From Lingula anatina (lineage: Eukaryota > Animalia > Brachiopoda), in contig CM120641.1 in NCBI GenBank assembly GCA_051362555.1, forward strand, positions 37,454,401-37,518,400: a stretch of 64,000 bases of DNA. The letters run 5' to 3'. The notes beneath the pieces were generated by a model that was not told where the DNA came from, searched no databases, and saw only the letters and a program-made list of their open reading frames with translations. Of the stretch, positions 15,648-26,119 are shown one piece after another. Both the position numbers and the translations under genes were made by a program. How positions within the stretch are numbered: the stretch's first letter is position 1; the number at the start of each line of letters is the position of its first letter.

Positions 15648-17164
15648 TTCAACACTGTAATTTTGTATTTTTTCTTTGCTTTTATTCATTTGTTTATAAA
15701 AATATGCGCCCTATCCATTTTGACCATTAACAAGCGCAATGGGGACCCAAGTGATTCCAGGTGCGACAATTGAAAGAATGTGACAACACATCCCCCGCAG
15801 TGACTTAATAGTGTTCTTTTATGATAATATGCTTTAATTTTCATTTGTGCCAACTTTTTGCTCCTATAGCTGTTGTGATTTCTCATATTTTTGTTAATTA
15901 ATCTTGGTTACACTCATTATACTACTTTATTATTTTTATTTTATGGCAGTTATATAGTATATAGTTTAGGGGATGTTATATGATCCCCCCCAGTTTTGTG
16001 ACTTTGTGTCGTATTAGTTTTCGTTACTAATAAATGACAATTTTCAGTCATATGGACTTATCTTTTTTACTTTGGAGCAAAAACGGAGCTTCGTTGTGCT
16101 TGTGAACATATGGCTACATAAATTGGGCTATATTTACCGCGTTTTACTTCAAATGATATATTTGTGTCTAGCCCTGAACGACTTTCGTCTAAAGCAAGCT
16201 TCAATTTGTAGCTAATGAACTTACGTGATCAGTACGTTCGGCCATGCTATTCAAAATACGTTCCCTCACTGCTGCGCATCGCCTTCTTCATTTGTTAAGC
16301 CAATAATACATTCGTCCACATGTCAACAAAATCAAACGATCGTCTAAATTGACTAGATGATTTCATTTCTGTGCTGGCCACATACATGCATGACTACAAA
16401 ACACATACTTTTTTCCAAAACGTGCAACAACTTTTTAAGTCAACACATCACGGCGTCAACCACACACAACGAAAGTGAATGAGCTGGAAAGGGCAGTAAT
16501 TAATGTTACTCTGCTAACCAATCATTATGTTCAATTAGGCACATTGTAATATTTTCTTATCCTACAATTGGGCAATAATGCACGGCTAATTTCGCCACTA
16601 ATATTTAGTAATACCGCTCAGACTAATGATCTACCGATCGATCTAGTGAACGCTTGAGTAAACAACTCGAGTCTTTCGGTTCGATCTTCACCAGCGTCCG
16701 GTGAAAGGGCTGCACAACGGACGGTGTCCCCCTTTGTCTCGCGTCGAGAGAGAAGAAAAGCCCGCTTTCTATGCGCCGACAATAGATCAATAGTTATTCA
16801 AGTTAAAAAGCCAATTCCCTGTCTTACCCTCTCTCCGACTCAATTCATTTGCAAAGGTCGCGTTTTAAATCTTCCCACGTGACTGTTCTGGTGTTTCTTT
16901 ATAGCGGCTCGATATCAATAAACAATCGAATATCGAAATGTTTATAATCATTCTTTATTAATCACATAAATATTATAATGTTTAAGGTTCCGGGATATCA
17001 AGCAGCACAGCACGGGAAAATGGCATCTTCCAAAGATCATATTTATAAGCACACTCCACTTACTAGGACTAAGATCGAAACGGCACAATGAACAGGAAAT
17101 GTTTTCCTCGAAACATCTATATGTGAATCCAACACACTACTAGAAGAATAGTGACCAACCTTAC

Positions 17165-17208
17165 CTTTTGCCAGCTTCTTTTTCAACAAGCCTTGCATGT
17201 GCGAGTAC
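17165..17208 (-). other. Putative 44-nt internal exon
   Basis: Acceptor aattccag|G and strong donor AAG|gtaagg; the pyrimidine tract is weak. Confidence 0.3.
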
Positions 17209-18374
17209 CTGGAATTTATATATCATCGTCGTCAAAAAAAATTCCAGTGTTTACACAAACTGTTTAGATTAATCTGTGGACGTTATGTATAATTAACACG
17301 TCAGATGCAGGTCCTCCCCCTCGGGATGTTGGGCAAACGCTGATTAATATCAACAATGGCCGTGTCTTGTACGCGCGGTCCTTAGGTAACTAATTGCTGG
17401 GCCAATTTGCGGCAAATGAAGTTCAATTATGGTTATTGGAAAGGGATATATAGGGGTAAATGCTGATAAAACTCAGGCGATGTCAAACACAAACAAAAAA
17501 CACAATGTCTTCTTGAATGAATAATTCTAATCCCCACACGGAAAAATCAAATAATAAAATCTATAACATACTGAAGATCAGATGTCGCCTCACGTGCCAA
17601 AGAAATAACAAAGGTCTTATATTGTACGCGATTTTCAAATATCTTAATCAAATACGTCCATTCAAGAACAATGCTCTTCATATCCAAGAACGCTCCGTCG
17701 CCCCCTACCTATACTAAGATACTGAAAGAGATGACACTCAATGGGTGTAACAAAAACTGAAAATATGGGACAAAAGTGAAATGATTGAAAAGACGACATC
17801 TTACATTGTGGGTTAAAAGGAATAAATCAAACCTCGCTGTCTTGTTTTAATACACCTACAAATAACAGGTGTACCGACCAATTAACTTCAGACAAACGGC
17901 TCTTTTTGACGTAAGCGCCAAGGGTTTGCGAGGTAGTCCGTTGTTAGGCTGCGTGAGAACATCAAGAACATGTTTTATAAAAACCATAAAAGCTTCGTGA
18001 TATCAGTGATTGGGCAGTAAATTGATAAGATTTGATTTTTATCAGGATAGGTGTATTACATGTTTTATAAGCCATATATTGCTATTTTTATAAACTATAT
18101 ATTGATTTTCAAACGTGTTCTATTTGCAATTGCTTTTCCGTTCGTTCTTGTGACTTGAATAACCTTTGGCTGGCAAAGGTTACCCATCTACCTAACGATC
18201 AATTCCACTTCTTTGTCAGATGTTTTCTGTTCCATTTCTTATTACTCACGATTACTACTCCACTAAGCTAACTTTCTACCTGTCGTGCAACGTGTACCTG
18301 CTTACAAACCTTCCACTTGCTAACATGGAACACCGCTGCTTACCTGATTAGAAACCAACTGCTCTGCCCCCTTT

Positions 18375-18416
18375 CACACACACGCACACGCACACGCGCG
18401 CGCGCACACACACACA
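18375..18416. repeat. Alternating purine-pyrimidine (CA)/(CG) tract
   Basis: cacacacacgcacacgcacacgcgcgcgcgcacacacacaca. Confidence 0.9.
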
Positions 18417-19337
18417 ATCATCCTTTCTTTCTCGCACGCCAACTTGTCTGAAATATTTTGTTACCAACTTAGCAAAACAACTTTTTTACAAAAGTCTTTT
18501 TTCCATTAAAGTGTGAGTTTTCTGTGGTTTGGTCAATACAAAATATGGCTTTGAAACGCCCTCACAAATTGCCTTTTGTACAACATCTGAAGATGGAGTC
18601 CTCTTCATAAAAAATTCCATTGGCATGTTATTTCAAATGAAAGATGCTGAAAATTGAAATAAAAATTGATATCACAGTGTGTTAAGTGGCCCCCTATCGC
18701 TCACCTTTTTAACCGTTTTGGCTCCGAGAATTTATTTCAAGGTGCGTGGTCTTCTAGTGATCTACATAGTGGTTTTTCAGCAATGGTGTAAGCGCTGTTC
18801 CTGGTTTCAGCTTTGTTCCGTTTTCACAGCGCACCAACGCTGCATAGTGCGTCCTTTCCTTTAAATACGTCGTGAACAGCCGGGATAAGCTTCATGCGAG
18901 TCCACAAAGTCAGCACAAATTGCGGAAACCACCACTGGTGCTAAATCGGTAATGTGTACGGTGAATCCACTCGAGTCCCTAATCATAACACAGCAGCCCT
19001 TTCACTACCTACTTCAATGCATTAACAGCTTCATAAATTCGACTTCAGATCAATCAATTCATCTCTTGCTTTTATCAAAGCGGTACCACGCCATGGGTTC
19101 GCTGTTTGTGTTTCAGAGAGAGGGGGGAGGTTACACAAAAATAGTTTGGTTTTGTTGGGGTGGTGCACTGTCCTCGCCACGAGTGGACAATACAAGCACA
19201 TGATAGAAAAATCATTTTATTGTACAGATGACAATTTTGTTAAATATTTAAGTATTTTAGTGTGTGTGTGTGATGGCACAGAACACTGACGAACGAATTG
19301 AATGAGATGAGCCTCTGGTGGGGCAAAACGCTGGCAA

Positions 19338-19340
<3 letters not shown>

Positions 19341-19384
<44 letters not shown>

Positions 19385-19452
19385 AGTGCTTTTTAAACCT
19401 TTTCATGCCATGAGGGACAAAGTCGTAATCGCACCCCTCCACCGAGTTGTCT

Positions 19453-19520
<68 letters not shown>
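19341..19520. repeat. (CT)14(CA)8 and (GT)14(GA)19 compound microsatellites in inverted orientation
   Basis: 19341-19384 and 19455-19520 are reverse complements in composition and order. Confidence 0.92.
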
Positions 19521-19523
<3 letters not shown>

Positions 19524-20362
19524 CTTGTAGGTGAGAGAATGAAAGGCAGGGAAGTTCTTCAGTTATTTTATTTTTTTCCATTTATTTGGAAGAATGTTTA
19601 TTTGCGTATCTGTTAAGGCCATTTCATTTGTGTTTTTTGTCCCCATCTGGTTTAATAACTCAGAATGATTCAAAGTGGCTGTACAATAGACATGAATCAT
19701 TTTATCAGCCAATTCTTAGGTGATTTTAATAATCTTTAATTAAAATTATATAAAAAGAAGGCGATCGAATTTTTATTTAGAGAGAGAGAGACACCCACTC
19801 ACACACACTTCTTTTAATATGACGCAATAGTTATGCCGCCTGGGATAAATTGACTGTTGAATCAGGCCCGAGTCAAATAAAAAATGCAAGAGTTAGCACT
19901 CAAGTATGCCGGTGGCAAGAATACAGACCACTTCATTCTTCTCTGAATTCATCGAAAACATTTTCAAGAAGAAACAATTTCCCATATCTCTTGTTGCAGT
20001 TGCATAAGTCAACGACGAATGTTAGTTATAACATTCTGGCACGAAATGTGGACATCTTTTTGTCGTTTCCTTGGCAGATTTCATTGCCCATGTATTTTAA
20101 ACGACGCTTTCGTTCACAGGTCTTTGCAAGTAAATGACCATGAAACCATTAAAGAAGTTATCTACGATGAAAACAGGTTAGATTAATAACAAAAGTAGGG
20201 GAAAGGGATAAAACAATCTGTGTGCGGGAGAGAGAGTGAGAGGGAAATCAAGATCATGTTTTTTGTTAACAAGAGAAGAGTAAAAAAAAACAGCATTTTA
20301 CGTAATACGACCTTCAGTCTAATTATATCAATTTCTCCAGGGCCGTAGACCAAGGGTGCTTT

Positions 20363-20418
20363 CCCAGAGAGTTAGATCGATCTAAAGATTAAGATTTAAA
20401 TCGACCTAACTCCCTGGG
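20363..20418. repeat. 56-bp near-perfect palindrome (24-bp arms, 8-nt spacer)
   Basis: CCCAGAGAGTTAGATCGATCTAAA-gattaaga-TTTAAATCGACCTAACTCCCTGGG; 21/24 Watson-Crick pairs. Confidence 0.9.
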
Positions 20419-21031
20419 GGTTCACGCTAAATTGCAGTCAGCCGAGCGGGCACCATAGTTAATTACCCCTTTACAGCTTTTAGTAGGCGGGACAGACGCT
20501 TAAGCCGGCCAAGCTGACAGTATTCTAGTGAGATCGATCTAAAAATCTATGGAAATGGGGTGCAAGATATATGTAAAGATTATCTTCGGGAATAATGAGT
20601 ACCGGGTTCGTTTTTGACATAAATGATTACCACAGACTGCAAACATCTTGTTTATTAGCATCATTCCACATAACGTAATGAAACTTGCACAATGTACAAC
20701 TGCATCAGAACAGCTGCCCATGTCATGAAACATGATTTTATTCAGTAAATGAAAATTGCTTTTTCTTTTCATTACCATAGATCGAATTTCAAAGCATCTT
20801 GATCATTCCGTGTTTTCTACAAACCATAGTGAGTGTTCACTCAGGTCCAAGATGCCATCAAACACTTTTTCTCATTTCAAATCTCACACACCCACCCATC
20901 CCACTTCAATAAAATAATGGGCAATATGCTCAGGCATTTCGAGATACTATGCAATAGATACACAACACTTTTCTGTACAATAAAATAAGTCAGGCCAAAT
21001 GATGAGATTTGGATGACATTATATAAATCTA

Positions 21032-21037
21032 TTTATT
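21032..21037 (-). other. Candidate EME1 polyadenylation signal
   Basis: AATAAA on minus ~950 nt past the stop codon; the first canonical hexamer I found. Confidence 0.35.
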
Positions 21038-21990
21038 TAATCATCAATAGATAAATTTGTGAACAGCACAAATTAAAGAGTCCCAGATGTTTAACTTTAA
21101 AAGTTATTTCAACATCATCTTAATTTAGTTGATAAGTTTTCATATATGATAAATCCACATATAAGATTTAACTGTTGAATGTTTTGTCTGTTCACTCTGA
21201 CAGACTTGGACACAACTGATATCTATCTATCATAAATGAAAACTTTTTAACTAGCACACTGAAATCCAATGAAACTTTTTTTGCATCATGTTAATTTGTA
21301 GAAATACATATAGTATATACCATTTTCACCCTGTGAGCTGCCAAATAATTTCGACAAAAAATTTATACAATAATTTAGACAATAATTATATGCTTGTATA
21401 TAAAAAAATACAGTGCATTATAAACCTGAGGGGCCAAACATTAATATACAAAACACTGATGAATGAATGAATGAATTACAGCATGTATTCAAACCTAGTC
21501 AGAATAGGGAATCTCAGGCACAAAGACAAGATATAAAAGTATACAGTAGGTACATCATGGTTGAAACCTCAGCATATTGACCCATATGTTACACCCATTA
21601 CAATCTGAATTACTTTCCATTTTATGAATTTTTTCACCTTCAGCTGAACACGAATCAATAATCTTAACAGTTGAAAAAAAAAAAAAAAATGGCAATCTTG
21701 CATGCTTAGACTATTGATCTTATTAATCTGACAAAATGTAAAATCTAGATATGAAAAAATGCAAAATCTAGATATGATTATTTGCAAAAACTAAATTATC
21801 ACTGATCTGGTAGAACTGACCAGGTACACAATTTCACTAGGTATAAAAACTGTTGATAGTGTCTGCAACACTTGACAGCAATGCTAAGAGAAATTGCCAT
21901 TCTGAAACTGATTCACCATGCACCTCATTTGTTTCATCTCTCAAGTCCCACAAGAAATCCTTCTTTGAAATCCTCACAAATCATTCTGCT

Positions 21991-24900
21991 TCATTTGATG
22001 ATAAATTCTGGGTCTGTGTTCATGACAATATGATAAAGCCTTCGAGAAAGTTCCTTCCCTATTCGTCTAGATGTCTCCAACACGCCGGCCCCACGTCGTA
22101 CCTAAGTGACAAATGAAAAAATATGATCGTTAAATTATGATCAATCTTCCTTTAACTCACAAGGTCTTCACAAAGGTGAGACAGAATATGGTTAATTAGG
22201 AAACAAATGTGTCAATTGGATTGCAAATCAAGGGATTAAGTATGACAGGAATTGTCCTGGCATAAAAATCACAGTTGCAGATGTCTTTAATAAAACACCC
22301 GTAGTGGGACATTCTTATCCATTTATTCATTAATCTATCTTTGTATATTCAATAAAAAGCATATCAGAGTATCTCACAGACAAAGAATTCAGAGTAAGTC
22401 TGAGATTTCAAGTCATGCTCGTTGTTGTGAATCAAAAATTCTTCTAGTAAGGCAAGACTTTATAGGTTAGCCAATAATTCTATAAAAATAAATAATATCA
22501 TAAAACAAAAACCTTTAATAGTAATCTAATTTGTTTAATGTATCAATTTTCACCCAAATATGTGACACACCAATGTTCCTGTACACTTCCTCTTCACAAG
22601 AAATCACTCATTAATATTTTTACGATATTCAAAACTTTGCTTTATTTTTCTTATTAATCATTTATACTTTCAGCTTTGATAGTACGGGGGGGGGAGGGGG
22701 GGGTATGTCAGTTGTCTCTTTAATCAGTGTTCATTTTTGTATGAAAACAATATGAGGGAGAAGAAATAAGTTTACAAAAAGAGATTCTGTAACTAAAATG
22801 TACATTATCATCTACAACTTTTAGCTTGTCACTGTCAACCCATCCTCACTGGCAAAATGTTTTCGTTTCTTTTTCCCCCATATCTCACCACAATACCAAG
22901 ACATTATATGACTTAAATTTTTTAAATAATGTACTTTCAGTGAAAAAATGTGTCACTGTAAGGGGTGTACCCTCAAAAATTGAAGAATGTAGTTAATTTC
23001 AAGCGCCTACTGAAAGACACACCATGAATACCAAACTTACATGTAACACGAACCAGGAATGCTGGTTACTGGCTGTAAAATCTGATCTTGAAAATCTGTG
23101 ATGAAAATCTAATATCCAAAGAACTGCTTTACAGATTATGCAGACAATGGATGGCCTTCAGCTCACAACATTGCTTCTAATTACATTTAGAGAGCAAAGA
23201 TACCACAACAAAATAATAAGCAAAACTGAGCATAAACTGCTAAAACCTTTCCCGTGTTTATTTTTGTATGACGTCTGCAGCAAAGTGGCAGGTTAGTGGT
23301 CTTTGACGGATTTAACACCAATAATTGGATCACAGTAAATTCATATATAGGAATCTAATCTAATCTAATCTCTCAAAAAAAAAAAAAAAGGAAGAGAAGG
23401 GAATCACTACATTTTGAGATATAAAGTTTATACTTATCTATAAATCATTGTCAGTATTACAGCACGGAGTACTTTCAGAATCATACAAACATTTAATCAT
23501 ACAAGCTTTAATATCATTATATAATTATTCACTTTCCATAAAAATATTTACATAGGAATAAACAGTTTACCAGTTTACCTTTCAGGCCTTAAATATATTT
23601 TCATTAATGCCCCTTAGCAAACTCTCTCAGTTTAATTTCCAACTTCAGGATAGAAACAGGTTAGTTCATAGTTGCAAGGTATGGACAAAGTGCACTTTCC
23701 AAGCAAAAATAAAAAAACCTTCAAACAAAGACACACATGGGAAATCATACTCCCTTGACGTGGGATGTTGACTTCTACAGTAAAAGGTATAAAGTATCCA
23801 TTTGGAAAGCTGCCGCACAATGTGTTTCATGCTATCATCTTCACAAAACAATGGGTAATCAACGTTTTCATTTACACTAGCTACGGTGAAAAACCCATTG
23901 AGAAGACCTAAATATAACTGCTGTGCAGATCCTTTTTTTGGTAAACTCTACCTTGATTGCAATCAGTCAAATGTAATTGATTGATTGATTACACACTGTG
24001 GCCCCACTGTGATCAAGTGCAGCAATATCCTCCACAACATGCAAATAACATCAACTGCTGCAAAACATTATCACAACATTTGAATGGTCCCCAAGATGTT
24101 ACGTACCATTTGGGAAATTGTCACGTTATGTACCACACTATTCTGATCACCAAATAATGGAAAAGCTACCAGACCACTGCACATTGAACTGTTACTTAAT
24201 GTTTCATTACACTGTCTCATTATGATCCACCTAACATGTAATGCTTTACTTAACAAGGAATTCTCGGTTAGGATGTCTTATGAAAACTGGACATTTATTT
24301 CAAATTAACTTTTAATGATTGTGTACACGTGTACATTAACTTAGCTATTCACTTTGTCGGTAATTACAGACAACAGTTTTAGTATCAGTCAAACATGCAA
24401 GATGCACTTTATTCCCCATTTCATGAAATTGGTAATCTTTTTTTGGGTAAATTGACAATCAGCCAAAACACGCATTACATAAAAGGACACCTTGAAGACA
24501 TGATCTTTTTTATTCCGTTTTCAGAACAGAATTTTTAAACCAAATCGATAAAAGAAAGGAGATTAACCATAATAATAAAAGGTTCTTTAAAACCACGCTC
24601 CACACATTTGTCTTAACGCCTTTATACATTAATAAAACAGAAGCTTATAAGTATAGGAAGCTTATCATAATTGCATAAGCAGATTATCATATAATATAAG
24701 CTTATCATTTGAGTAGAAAAAAAATATTACAAAAAGGGCGCATACTAACTCTCTCTCTCACAGACACACTGCTACTTAACATGTTAAAAGTACAAATATA
24801 CAAAAGAGCTGAGCAACTTTAAAAAAAAACTTGACTATTACGGAGTACTTTCAGAATCATACAAACATTATTACAAGTTTAAAAAAACTGAATGTGAGAG

Positions 24901-26082
24901 GAAAGCAAAAAAAAAAAAAAAAACACTAATCTTTAACCTCTTACTAATGTATTTGACAGAACATTACTGTACAGGACATCCATGATTTATATTGTAACAG
25001 ATTTTGGAACTGAGACAGCCTACCATGATGGTAACTTGTCTGATACTCCAATATATTTTGTTGCTTTCAATAAAAATAATGTTATTTTGTGATATATTCA
25101 TCAGGAAGAGCATTGCATAAAACATGAAATGTGATGCTACTTACTGTTATGTTCTCCAACAGCTGTTCTGCTTCTTTAGTAGAAGAGCATGATCTGTATG
25201 CCTGCAAAAAGAAGTACATGCATTTGAGAATGTTTTGCTGATTTAAAAGAATAAAAAAAACCCTCAAAATTATAAAATATCGGCGTTCATATTTCTCATT
25301 GCAATGTATAAGCACAGGCAACTCGAAGCTTTAATCGTCAATTTAACACCTTTGGTGAGATAGTAATTGGTATGGGGCATAACTTCATACATGAACAAGA
25401 TTTTATCAAGAAAATTGGCAGAGTTTACCATGAGTGTATGGGCCGTGCCATGATTTTGGTAAAAATGTTTTTGTTATGGAGTTATGAGCCCTTAATTACA
25501 TTAAACAAAGGAATTATTTTGCTTCATCAACAATAAAATCTGAACTAAGACTTTTAAGAAAATTGCTGGCAAGGTGTACTAAATGGTGTCATTAAATCAG
25601 TGTTGAAACAGTGATCATAGGTGCTCAAGTTAAAGAGAAATTTGAGAAGCTGATTTTTTTTTCAGTTTTTACCCCCAAATCGCAATTATGTCAACTGTAA
25701 GATGACATGTGTGTAAACGTTAATTTAGTCATTGAACATTGAAGATTTATCTATTACCCAAAAGAATGTATGTAAGGCAGTAAATAAGGAGTTTGGGGCA
25801 AAGGGTGACAATATTGTTAACTTGCCACATGGACACAGTGGGGGTGCAACATTACAAGGTACTAGTATATGTCCTGCAGTCCCAAGGTCGTGCTTTTATG
25901 GGATGTAGAAGCAAAAACATTGTTTTAAAAGACTTGAGCAATTTGTTTAAGATTGACGAGCTTTCGAAGATCATTTTCTAAGAAGCCCAGCAAGATATTG
26001 CCTAACGTGCAGTTGGAAGCAACATAACCTTTGGATCAACTGTTTTACTTGATTGCCCAAAGAGCAATTCTGGGTTTGGACT

Positions 26083-26119
<37 letters not shown>

